Shown here: positions 26,801-39,139 of the stretch, piece by piece
Numbering within the stretch: the stretch's first letter is position 1
How the letters are laid out: every line of letters begins with the position of its first letter
Origin: Octopus sinensis
Taxonomy: Eukaryota
NCBI RefSeq assembly: GCF_006345805.1
Contig: NC_043023.1
Location: forward strand, 4,154,001-4,218,000
Direction of reading: 5' to 3'
Length of the DNA stretch: 64,000 nucleotides
Notes under the pieces: model-generated
Seen by the model: the letters and a program-made list of their open reading frames with translations, nothing else
Databases searched by the model: none
What the model was told of the DNA's origin: nothing
Position numbers and translations under genes: made by a program

Positions 26801-29800
26801 TTTTAACCCAAATTTTAAACCTAGACCTAATTTTTTAACCCTAACCCTAACCCTAGACCTAATTTATTAACCCTAACCCTAACCCTAGAGATAATTTTTT
26901 AACCCTAACCCTAACCCTAACCCTAACCACCCAACCCAACCCAACCCAACCGCCAACCCTAACCCTACCCTAACACTAACCCTAACCCAACCCAACCTAA
27001 CCCTAACCCTAAACCTAACCCAACCCAACCTGACCTAAACCTAACCCTAACCCTAACACTAACCCAACCCTACCCAACCCTAATTCAACCCTAACCCAAC
27101 CCTAACCCTAACCCTAACCCTAACCCTAATTATCTCTAGTGTTAGGGTTAGGGTTAAAAAATTAATTCTAGGGTTAGGGTTAGGGTTAAAAAATTAGGTC
27201 TAGGGATAGGGTTAAAAAATTAGGTCTAGGGTTAGGGTTAGGGTTACACAATTAGGTCTAGAGTTAGGGTTAGGGTTAAAAAATTAGGTATAGGGTAAGG
27301 GTTAGGGTTAAAAAATTAGGTCTAGGGTTAGGGTTAGGGTTAAAAAATTAGGTCTAGAGTTAGGGTTAGGGTTAAAAAATTAGGTCTAGGGTTAGGTTTA
27401 GGGTTAGGGTTAAAAATTAGGTCTAGGGTTAGGGTTAGGTTTAAAAAATCAGGTCTAGGGTTAGGGTTAGGGTTAAAAAATTAGGTCTAGGTTTAGGGTT
27501 AAAAAATTAGGTCTAGGGTTAAAAAATTTTTAAGCCTAACCCTAGACCTAATTGTTTAACCCTAACCCTAACCCTAGACCTAATTTTTTAACCCTAACCC
27601 TAAACGTAGAGATAATTTTTAAACCTAACCCTAACACTAGACCTAATTTTTTAACCCTAACCCTAATTTTTTTACCCTAACCCTAACCCTAGAGATAATT
27701 TTTTAACCCTAAACCTAACCCTACCACTAACCCTAACCCTAACCCTAACCCAACCCAACGCTAACACTAACCCTAACCCTAACCATAACCATAACCCTAA
27801 CTCAACCCTAACCCTAACCCTAACCCTAACCCTAACCCTAACACTAACCCTAACCCTAGCCCTAACCCTAACCCTAACCCTAACCCTAATCCTAACCCTA
27901 ATTATCTCTAGGGTTAGGGTTAGGGTTAAAAAATTAGGTCTAGGGATAGGGTTAAAAAATTAGGTCTAGGGTTAGGGTTAGGGTTAAAAAATTAGGTCTA
28001 GGGTTAGGGTTAGGGTTAAATAATTAGGTCTAGGGTTAGGGTTAGAGTTAGGGTTAAAAATTTAGGTCTAAGGTTAGGGTTAGGGTTAAAAAATTAGGTC
28101 TAGGGTTACGGTTAGGGTTAAAAAATTAGGTCTAGGTTAGGGTTAAAGAATTAGGTCTAGGGTTAGGGTTAGGGTTAAAAAATTAGGTCTAGGGTAAGGG
28201 TTAGGGTTAAAAAATTAGATCTAGGGTTAGGGTTAGGGTTAAAAAATTAGGTCTAGAGTTAGGGTTAGGGTTAAAAAATTAGGTCTAGTGTTAGTTAGGT
28301 TAAAAAATTAGGTCTAGGGTTAGGGTTAGGGTTAGGGTAAAATTAGGTCTAGGGTTAGGGTTAGGGTTAAAAAATTAGGTCTATGGTTAGGGTTAAAAAC
28401 TTAGGTCTACGGTTAAAAAATTTTTAAGCCTAAACCTAGACCTAATTTTTTAACCCTAACCCTAACCCTAGACCTAATTTTTTAACCCTAACCCTAACCC
28501 TAGAGATAATTTTTTAACCCTAACCCTAACCCTAGACCAATTCTTTTAACCCTAACCCTAACCCTAGACCTAATTTTTTACCCTAAACCTAACCTAGACC
28601 TAATTTTTTAACCCTAACCCCAACCCTAGACCTAATTTTTTAACCTTACCCTAAACCTAGACCTATTTTTTTAACCCTAAACCTAACCCTAGACCTAATT
28701 TTTTAACCCTAACCCTAACCTACACCTAATTTTGTAACCCTAACCCTAACCCTACACCTAATTTTTTAACCCTAACCCTAAACCTAGACCTAATTTTTTA
28801 ACCCTAACCTTAACGCTACACCTAATTTTTTAACCCTAACCCTAACCCTAGACCAAATTTTTTAAACCTAACCCTAACCCGAGACCTAATTTTTTAGCCC
28901 TAACTCGAACCCTAGACCTAATTTTTTAACCCTAACCCTAGACCTAATTTTTTAACCCTAACCCTAACCCTAGACCAAATTTTTTAACCCTAACCCTAAA
29001 CCTAGACCTAATATTTTAAACCCAACCCTAACCCTAGACCTAAATTTTTAACCCTAACCCTAACCCTAGACCTAATTTTTTAACCCTAACCCTAAACCTA
29101 GACCTAATTTTTTAACCCTAACCCTAACCCTAGACCTAATTTTTTAACCCTAACCCTAACCCTAGAGATAATTTTTTAACCCTAACCCTAACCCTAGACC
29201 TAATTTTTTAACCCAAATTTTAACCCTAGACCTAATTTTTTAACCCTAACCCTAACCCTAGACCTAATTTATTAACCCTAACCCTAACCCTAGAGATAAT
29301 TTTTTAACCCTAACCCTAACCCTAACCCTAACCCAACCCAACCCCAACCCAACCCAACCCAACCCTAACCCTAACCCTAACACTAACCCTAACCCAACCA
29401 ACCCTAACCCTAACCCTAAACCTAACCCAACCCAACCCTGACCCTAACCCTAACCCTAACCCTAACACTAACCCAACCCTAACCCAACCCTAATTCAACC
29501 CTAACCCAACCCTAACCCTAACCCTAACCCTAACCCTAATTATCTCTAGTGTTAGGGTTAGGGTTAAAAAATTAATTCTAGGGTTAGGGTTAGGGTTAAA
29601 AAATTAGGTCTAGGGATAGGGTTAAAAAATTAGGTCTAGGGTTAGGGTTAGGGTTACACAATTAGGTCTAGAGTTAGGGTTAGGGTTAAAAAATTAGGTC
29701 TAGGCTAAGGGTTAGGGTTAAAAAATTAGGTCTAGGTTAGGGTTAGGGTTAAAAATTAGGTCTAGAGTTAGGGTTAGGTTAAAAAATTAGGTCTAGGGTT

Positions 29801-32800
29801 AGGTTAGGGTTAGGGTTAAAAAATTAGTTAGGGTGGGTTAGTTTTAAAAAATCAGGTCTAGGGTTAGGTTAGGGTTAAAAATTAGGTCTAGGTTTAGGGT
29901 TAAAAAATTAGGTCTAGGGTTAAAAAATTTTTAAGCCTAACCCTAGACCTAATTGTTTAACCCTAACCCTAACCCTAGACCTAATTTTTTAACCCTAACC
30001 CTAAACGTAGAGATAATTTTTAAACCTAACCCTAACACTAGACCTAATTTTTTAACCCTAACCCTAACCCTAACCCTAATTTTTTTACCCTAACCCTAAC
30101 CCTAGAGATAATTTTTTAACCCTAACTAACCTACACTAACCCTAACCCTAACCCTAAAACCTAAACCCAACCCAACGCAACACTAACCCTAAACCTAACC
30201 AAACCATATAAACCCTCACCCAACCCAACCCTAACCCTAACCCTAACCCTCCTACCCTAACCCTAACACTAACCCTAACCCTAGCCCTAACCCGAACCCT
30301 AACCTAACCCTAATCCTACCCTAATTATCTCTAGGTTTGGGTAGGGTAGGGTTAGGGTTAAAAAATTAGGTCTAGGGATAGGGTTAAAAAATTAGGTCTA
30401 GGTTAGGGTTGGGTTAAAAAATTAGGTCTAGGGTTAGGGTTAGGGTTAAATAATTAGGTCTAGGGTTAGGGTTAGAGTTAGGGTTAAAAATTTAGGTCTA
30501 AGGTTAGGGTTAGGGTTAAAAAATTAGGTCTAGGGTTACGGTTAGGGTTAAAAAATTAGGTCTAGGTTAGGGTTAAAGAATTAGGTCTAGGGTTAGGGTT
30601 AGGGTTAAAAAATTAGGTCTAGGGTAAGGGTTAGGGTTAAAAAATTAGATCTAGGGTTAGGGTTAGGGTTAAAAAATTAGGTCTAGAGTTAGGGTTAGGG
30701 TTAAAAAATTAGGTCTAGTGTTAGGGTTAGGGTTAAAAAATTAGGTCTAGGGTTAGGGTTAGGGTTAGGGTTAAAATTAGGTCTAGGGTTAGGGTTAGGG
30801 TTAAAAAATTAGGTCTATGGTTAGGGTTAAAAACTTAGGTCTACGGTTAAAAAATTTTTAAGCCTAAACCTAGACCTAATTTTTTAACCCTAACCCTAAC
30901 CCTAGACCTAATTTTTTAACCCTAACCCTAAACCTAGAGATAATTTTTTAACCCTAACACTAACCCTAGACCTAATTTTTTAACCCAAACCTTAAACCTA
31001 GACCTAATTTTTTAACCCTAACCCTAACCCTAGACCTAATTCTTTAAACCTAAACCTAACCCTAGAGATAATTTTTTAACCCTAACCCTAACCCTAACCC
31101 TAACCCTAACCCTAACCCAACCCTAACCCAACCCCAACCCTACCCCAAACCCAACCCCACCTCCAACCCTATCCCTAACCCTAACCCTAACCCTAACCCT
31201 AACCCTAAACCTAACCCAACCCTAACCCAACCCAACCCAACCCTAACCCAACCCAACCCTAACCCAACCCAACCCTAACCCTAACCTTAACCCTAACCCT
31301 AACCCTAACCCTAATTATCTCTAGGGTTACGGTTAGGGTAAAAAAATTAATTCTAGGGTTAGGGTTAGGGTTAAAAAATTAGGTCTAGGGATAGGGTTAA
31401 AAAATTAGGTCTAGGGTTAGGGTTAGGGTTAAAAAATTAGGTCTAGGGTTAGGGTTAGGTTTAAAAAATTAGGTCTAGGGTTAGGGTTAGGGTTAAAAAA
31501 TTAGGTCTAGGGTTAGGGTTAGGGTTAAAAAATTGGGTCTAGGGTTATGGTTAGGGTTAAAAAAGTAGGTCTAGGGTTAGGATTAGGGTTAAAGAATTGG
31601 GTCTAGGGTTAGGGTTAGGGTTAAAAAATTAGGTCTAGTGTTAGGGTTAGGGTTAGGGTAAAAAAATTAGGTCTAAGGTTAGGGTTAGGGTTAAAAAATT
31701 AGGGTTAGGGTTAGGGTTAAAAAATTAGGTGTAGGGTTAGGGTTAGGGTTAAAAAATTAGGTCTAGGGTTAGGGTTAGGGTTAAAAAATTAGGTCTAGGT
31801 TTAGGGTTAGGGTTAAAAAATTAGGTCTCGGGTAAGAGTTAGGGTTAAAAAATTAGGTCTAGGGTTAGGGTTAGGGTTAAAAAATTAGGTCTAGAGTTAG
31901 GGTTAGGGTTAAAAAATTAGGTCTAGGGTTAGGGTTAGTGTTAAAAAATTAGGTCTAGGGTTAGGGTTAGGGTTAGGGTTAAAAATTAGGTCTACGTTTA
32001 GGGTTAGGGTTAAAAAATCAGGTCTAGGGTTAGGGTTAGGGTAAAAAAATTAGGTCTAGGGTTAGGTTTAAAAAATTAGGGTTAGGGTTAGGGTTAAAAA
32101 ATTAGGTCTAGGGTTACGGTTAGGGTTAAAAAATTAGGTCTAGGGTTAGGGTTAGGGTTAAAAAATTTTTAAGCCTAAACCTAGACCTAATTGTTTAACC
32201 CTAACCCTAACCCTAGACCTAATTTTTTAACCCTAACCCTAGAGATAATTTTTTAAACCTAACCCTAACACTAGACCTAATTTTTTAACCCTAACCCTAA
32301 CCCTAACCCTAACCCTAACCCTAATTTTTTAACCCTAACCCTAACCATATAGATAATTTTTTAACCCTAACCCTAACCCTAACCCTAACCCTAACCCTAA
32401 CCCAACCCAACCCTAACCCTAACCCTAACCTAACCCTAACCCAACCCTAACCCTAACCCTAACCCTAACCCTAACCCTAACCCTAACATTAACACTAACC
32501 CTAACCACAACCCTAGCCCTAACCCTAACCCTAACCCTAACCCTAACCCTAACCCTAACCCTAATTATCTCTAGGGTTAGGGTTAGGGTTAAAAAATTAG
32601 GTCTAGGGATAGGGTTAAAAAATTAGGTCTAGGGTTAGGGTTAGGGTTAAAAAATTTGGTCTAGGTTTAGGGTTAGCGTTAAATAATTAGGTCTAGGCTT
32701 AGGGTTAGGGTTAGGGTTAAAAAATTAGGTCTAAGGTTAGGGTTAGGGTTAAAAAATTAGGTCTAGGGTTACGGTTAGGGTTAAAAAATTAGGTCTAGGG

Positions 32801-35800
32801 TTAGGGTTAGGGTTAAAAAATTAGGTCTAGGGTTAGGGTTAGGGTTAAAAAATTAGGTCTAGGGTAAGGGTTAGGGTTAAAAAATTAGGTCTAGGGATAG
32901 GTTTAGGGTTAAAAAATTAGGTCTAGGGTTAGGGTTAGGGTTAAAAAATTAGGTCTAGAGTTAGGGTTAGGGTTAAAAAATTAGGTCTAGGGTTAGGGAT
33001 AGGGTTAAAAAATTAGGTCTAGGGTTAGGGTTAGGGTTAGGGTTAAAAATTAGGTCTAGGGTTAGGGTTAGGGTTAAAAAATCAGGTCTAGGGTTAGGGC
33101 TAGGGTTAAAAAATTAGGTCTAGGTTTAGGGTTAAAAAATTAGTGTTAGGGTTAGGGTTAAAAAATTAGGTCTAGGGTTACGGTTAGGTTTAAAAATTAG
33201 GTCTAGGGTTAGGTTAGGGTTAAAAAATTAGGTCTAGGGTTAGTTTAGGGTTAAAAAATTAGGTCTAGGTTTAAAAATTTTTAAGCCTAAGCCTAGACCT
33301 AATTATTTAACCCGAACCCTAACCCTAGACCTAATTATTTAACCTAACCCTAACCCTAGAACTAATTTTTTAACCCTAACCCTAACCCTAGAGATAATTT
33401 TTTAACCCTAACCCTAACACTAGACCTAATTTTTTAACCCTAACCCTAACCCTAATTTTTTAACCCTAACCCTAACCCTAGAGATAATTTTTTAACCCTC
33501 ACCCTAACCCTTACCCTAAACCTAACCCTAACCCTAACCCTAACCCAACCCAACCCTAACCCTAACCCTAACCCTAACCCTAACCCTAACCCAACCCTAA
33601 CCCTAACCCTACCCTAACCCTAACCCTAACCCTAACACTAACACTAACCCTACCCTAACCCTAGCCTAACCCTAACCCTAACCCTAACCCTAATTATCTC
33701 TAGGGTTAGGGTTAGGGTTAAAAAATTAGGTCTAGGGATAGGGTTAAAAAATTAGGTCTAGGGTTAGGGTTAGGGTTAAATAATTAGGTCTAGGATAGGG
33801 TTAAAAAATTAGGTTAGGGTTAGGGTTAGGTTAGGGTTAGGGTTAAAAATTAGGTCTAGGGTTAGGGTTAGGGTTAAATAATTAGGGTTAGGGTTAGGGG
33901 TAGGTTAGGGTTAGGGTTAAAAATTAGGTCTAGGTTAGGGTTAGGGTTAAATAATTAGGTCTAGGGTTAGTGTTAGGGTTAGGGTTAAAAAATTAGGTCT
34001 AAGGTTAGGGTTAGGGTTAAAAATTAGGTCTATAGTTACGGTTAGGTTTAAAAATTAGGTCTAGGGTTAGGGTTAGGGTTAAAAAATTAGGTCTAGGTTA
34101 GGGTTAGGGTTAAAAAATTAGGTCTAGGATTACGGTTAGGGTTAAAAAATTAGGTCTAGGGTTAGGGTTAGGGTTACACAATTAGGTCTAGAGTTAGGGT
34201 TAGGGTAAAAAATTAGGTCTAGGGTAAGGGTTAGGGTTAAAAATTAGGTCTAGGGTTAGGGTTAGGGTTAAAAAATTAGGTCTAGAGTTAGGGTTAGGGT
34301 TAAAAAATTAGGTCTAGGTTAGGGTTAGGTTAAAAAGTTAGTCTAGGGTTAGGGTTAAAAACTTAGGTCTAGGGTCAAAAAATTTTTAAGCCTATCCCTA
34401 GACCTAATTTTTTAACCCTAACCCTAACCCTAGAGATAATTTTTTAACCCTAACCCTAGAGATAATTTTTTAACCCTAACCCTAACCTAGACCTAATTTT
34501 TTAACCCTAACCCTAACCCTAACCCTAAACCTAACCCTTACCCACCCAACACAACCCTAACCCTAACCCTAACCCTAACCCTAACCCAACCCCTAACCCT
34601 AACCCTAACCCTAACACTAACCCTAACCCTAATTATCTCTAGGGTTAGGGTTAGGGTTAAAAAATTAATTCTAGGGTTAGGGTTAGGGTTAAAAAATTAG
34701 GTCTAGGGTTAGGGTTAGGGTTAGGGTTAAAAATTAGGTCTAGGGTTAGGGTTAGGGTTAAAAAATCAGGTCTAGGGTTAGGGCTAGGGTTAAAAAATTA
34801 GGTCTAGGTTTAGGGTTAAAAAATTAGTGTTAGGGTTAGGGTTAAAAAATTAGGTCTAGGGTTACGGTTAGGGTTAAAAAATTAGGTCTAGGGTTAGGGT
34901 TAGGGTTAAAAAATTAGGTCTAGGGTTAGGGTTAGGGTTAAAAAATTAGGTCTAGGTTTAAAAATTTTTAAGCCTAAGCCTAGACCTAATTATTTAACCC
35001 GAACCCTAACCCTAGACCTAATTATTTAACCCTAACCCTAACCCTAGAACTAATTTTTTAACCCTAATCCTAACCCTAGAGATAATTTTTTAACCCTAAC
35101 CCTAACACTAGACCTAATTTTTTAACCCTAACCCTAACCCTAATTTTTTAACCCTAACCCTAACCCTAGAGATAATTTTTTAACCCTCACCCTAACCCTT
35201 ACCCTAAACCTAACCCTAACCCTAACCCTAACCCAACCCAACCCTAACCCTAACCCTAACCCTAACCCTAACCCAACCCTAACCCTAACCCTAACCCTAA
35301 CACTAACACTAACCCTAACCCTAACCCTAGCCCTAACCCTAACCCTAACCCTAACCCTAATTATCTCTAGGGTTAGGGTTAGGGTTAAAAAATTAGGTCT
35401 AGGGCTAGGGTTAAAAAATTAGGTCTAGGGTTAGGGTTAGGGTTAAATAATTAGGTCTAGGGATAGGGTTAAAAAATTAGGGTTAGGGTTAGGGTTAGGG
35501 TTAGGGTTAGGGTTAAAAAATTAGGTCTAGGGTTAGGGTTAGGGTTAAATAATTAGGGTTAGGGTTAGGGTTAGGGTTAGGGTTAAAAAATTAGGTCTAG
35601 GGTTAGGGTTAGGGTTAAATAATTAGGTCTAGGGTTAGTGTTAGGGTTAGGGTTAAAAAATTAGGTCTAAGGTTAGGGTTAGGGTTAAAAAATTAGGTCT
35701 ATAGTTACGGTTAGGGTTAAAAAATTAGGTCTAGGGTTAGGGTTAGGGTTAAAAAATTAGGTCTAGGGTTAGGGTTAGGGTTAAAAAATTAGGTCTAGGG

Positions 35801-38222
35801 TTACGGTTAGGGTTAAAAAATTAGGTCTAGGGTTAGGGTTAGGGTTACACAATTAGGTCTAGAGTTAGGGTTAGGGTTAAAAAATTAGGTCTAGGGTAAG
35901 GGTTAGGGTTAAAAAATTAGGTCTAGGGTTAGGGTTAGGGTTAAAAAATTAGGTCTAGAGTTAGGGTTAGGGTTAAAAAATTAGGTCTAGGGTTAGGGTT
36001 AGGGTTAAAAAATTAGGTCTAGGGTTAGGGTTAAAAACTTAGGTCTAGGGTCAAAAAATTTTTAAGCCTATCCCTAGACCTAATTTTTTAACCCTACCCT
36101 AACCCTAGAGATAATTTTTTAACCCTAACCCTAACCCTAGACCTAATTTTTTAACCCTAACCCTAACCCTAACCCTAAACCTAACCCTTACCCAACCCAA
36201 CACAACCCTAACCCTAACCCTAACCCTAACCCTAACCCAACCCCTAACCCTAACCCTAACCCTAACCCTAACCCTAACACTAACCCTAACCCTAATTATC
36301 TCTAGGGTTAGGGTTAGGGTTAAAAAATTAATTCTAGGGTTAGGGTTAGGGTTAAAAAATTAGGTCTAGGGATAGGGTTAAAAATTAAGGTCTAGGGTTA
36401 GGGTTAGGGTTAAAAAATTGGGTCTAGGGTTAGGGTTAGGGTTAAAAAATTAGGTCTAGTGTTAGGGTTAGGGTTAAAAAATTAGGTCTAAGGTTAGGGT
36501 TAGGTTTTAAAAATTAGGGTTAGGGTTAGGGTGAGAAAATTAGATCTAGGGTTACGGTTAGGGTTAAAAAATTAGGTCTAGGGTTAGGGTTAGGGTTAAA
36601 AAATTAGGTCTAGGGTAACGGTTAGGGTTAAAAAATTAGGTCTAGGGTTAGGGTGAGGGTTAAAAAATTAAGTCTAGAGTTAGGGTTAGGGTTAAAAAAT
36701 TAGGTCTAGGGTTAGGGTTAGGGTTAAAAAATTAAGTCTAGGGTTAGGGTTAGGGTTAGGGTTAAAAATTAGGTCTAGTGTTAGGGTTAGGGTTAAAAAA
36801 TCAGGTCTAGGGTTAGGGTTAGGGTTAAAAAATCAGGTCAAGGGTTAGGGTTAAAAAATTATGTCTAGGGTTAAAAAATTTTAAAGCCTAACCCTAGACC
36901 TAATTTTTTAACCCTAACCCTAACCCTAGACCTAATTTTTTAACCCTAACCCTAACTCTAGACCTAATTTTTTAACCCTAACCCTAACCCTAGACCTAAT
37001 TTTTTAACCCTAACCCTAATCCTAGACCTAATTTTTTAACCCTAACCCTAACCCTAGATCTAATTTTTTAACCCTAACCCCTTACCCTAGACCTAATTTT
37101 TTAACCCTAACCCTGACCCTAGACCTAATTTTTTAACCCTAACCCTAACCCTAGACCTAATTTTGTAGCCCTAACCCTAACCCAAGACCTTATTTTTTTA
37201 ACCCTAACCCTAGACCTTATTTTTTAACCCTAACCCTAGACCTAATTTTTTAACCCTAACCTAACCCTAGACCTAATTTTTTAACCCTAACCCTAACCCT
37301 AGACCTAATTTTTTCGACCCTAACCCTAACCCTAGACCTAATTTTTTAACCCTAACCCTAACCCTAGACCTAATTTTTTAACCCTTACCCTAACCCTAGA
37401 CCTATTTTTTTTAACCTAACCGTAACCCTAGACCTAATTTTTTAACCCTAACCCTAACACTAGACCTAATTTTTTAACCCTAACCCTCCCTAGACCTATT
37501 TTTTAACCCTAACCCTAACCCTAGACCTAATTTTTTAACCCTAACCCTAACCCTGACCTAATTTTTTAACCTAACCCTAACCCTAGACCTAATTTTTTAA
37601 CCCTAACCCTAATCCTAGACCTAATTTTTTAACCCTAACCCTAACCCTAGAACTAATTTTTTTTACCCTAACCCTTACCCTAGACCTAATTTTTTTGCCC
37701 TAACCCTAACCCTAGACCTAATTTTTTAACCCTAATCCTAACCGTAGACCTTATTTTTTAACCCTAACCCTAACCCTAGACCTAATTTTTTAACCCTAAC
37801 CCTAACCCTAGACCTAATTTTTTAACCCTAACCCTAACCCTAGACCTAATTTTTTAACCCTAACCCTAACCCTTGACCTAATTTTTTAACCCTAACCCTA
37901 ACCCTAGACCTAATTTTTTAACCCTAACCCTAACCCTAGACCTAATTTTTTAACCCTAACCCTAACCCTAGACCTAATTTTTTAACCCTAACCCTAACCC
38001 TAGACCTAATTTTTTAACCCTAACCCTAACCCTAGACCTAATTTTTTAAGTCTAACCCTAACCCTAGACCTAATTTTTTAACCCTAACCCTAACCCTAGA
38101 CCTAATTTTTTAACCCTAACCGTAATCCTAGACGTAATTTTTTAACCCTAACACTAACCCTAGACCTAATTTTTTTTTACCCTAACCCCTACCCTAGACC
38201 TAATTATTTAACCCTAACCTTA
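23818..38222. repeat. Telomere-derived (TTAGGG) satellite array with alternating orientation (interstitial telomeric-like sequence)
   Basis: Unit GGTCTA(GGGTTA)2-3 AAAAATTA (26 or 32 bp). 11 G-strand and 11 C-strand blocks, with embedded near-pure (CCCTAA)n tracts. Confidence 0.97.
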
Positions 38223-39139
38223 GTTTGTTTATAAAAATAATTTATTTACTTGGTTTAAAAGATTTTTTACTTTGCGTTTTATTTACTTTGTTCGAAAAAT
38301 ATTAATTAATTTCTTGAAATACAAACACAAGCGGAAGTCGTTGTAGGATCAACTACTTACGACTAGCTAGCGCGAATGCGCGCGCCGGGACCACTCTTCG
38401 CTGGTAGTACCAGACTGTCGTTTAGATAGCCCTGAATCAATGGATAGCGAGTAATAAAACTGTTTTTATTGGAAAGACAACGTGTCAGGAATCCGATGTG
38501 GGCCGCTGGAGAATAACACGGATTAGCGACTTGCAATGTTATGTTACATGTTAATTGGTTTTTTAAATAATGGACTGTAAACAAAATTAAAGGTACTGCA
38601 TTTCATTTCATTATTACATAATCATTTCATTCATATTCGTTCTATGTATTGTCCCCTCTGTGGTGTCCTGTTTGCTTGTTTGTCCCCCCTCTATGTTGAG
38701 CCCTTGTGGCAATAATAAAGAGAAGGGCATTTTGGAGTCTAGCGAAGTACGTCGTGTGAACAACATTGATTTTACCTCAGCTTCGCTAAATTGTATAAAA
38801 GTCGGACGTTAAAAATTTTGTTGTTTTTTTTTGTACAAAATCAAAGCAAAAAATCATAAACATGGAAGATTTATTGGCTTGTGTGCTGCAGTTGCAATAT
38901 ATGTGCAGAGGTTTACATTTTAGAAGTAATTGTCCTTTTAAAAATCGTAAATGTTTTGAGTGTGGAAAAATCGGATATGAAAGCTCACATCGTATAGCGA
39001 AACAAGCAAAAACGGGTCAAATACAAAACATTCTAGAAAGAATGTATTGTTAACAAAAATTTTAAACGAGGCTCAGAAAATGAGATTCGCCGAAGTGCAA
39101 CAGAAGCGGTATGTTATGTGATATTGCTTCTTGGGCCCT
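38219..39139. repeat. Right arm of ~0.93 kb inverted repeat flanking the telomeric satellite
   Basis: Reverse complement of 22894-23820. Confidence 0.97.
38862..39053 (+). pseudogene. Degenerate gag twin zinc-knuckle fragment (Ty3/Gypsy-like), mirrored in the left arm
   Basis: ORF contains CRGLHFRSNCPFKNRKCFECGKIGYESSH, resembling the CxxCGxxH..C-x-F-K..CxxCxKxGH..C double knuckle of Mag/Gypsy-type gag. Confidence 0.6.

Noticed and set aside
23818-38222. Regularly repeated unit considered as a CRISPR array
   Set aside because: There are no unique spacers, the units are contiguous TTAGGG derivatives, and the context is eukaryotic with no cas genes.
22894-39139. Whole inverted structure as a pure fold-back read artefact
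   Set aside because: The arms differ by CpG-type transitions and small indels typical of real divergence, and unique sequence resumes on both sides. Internal copy number still needs read validation.
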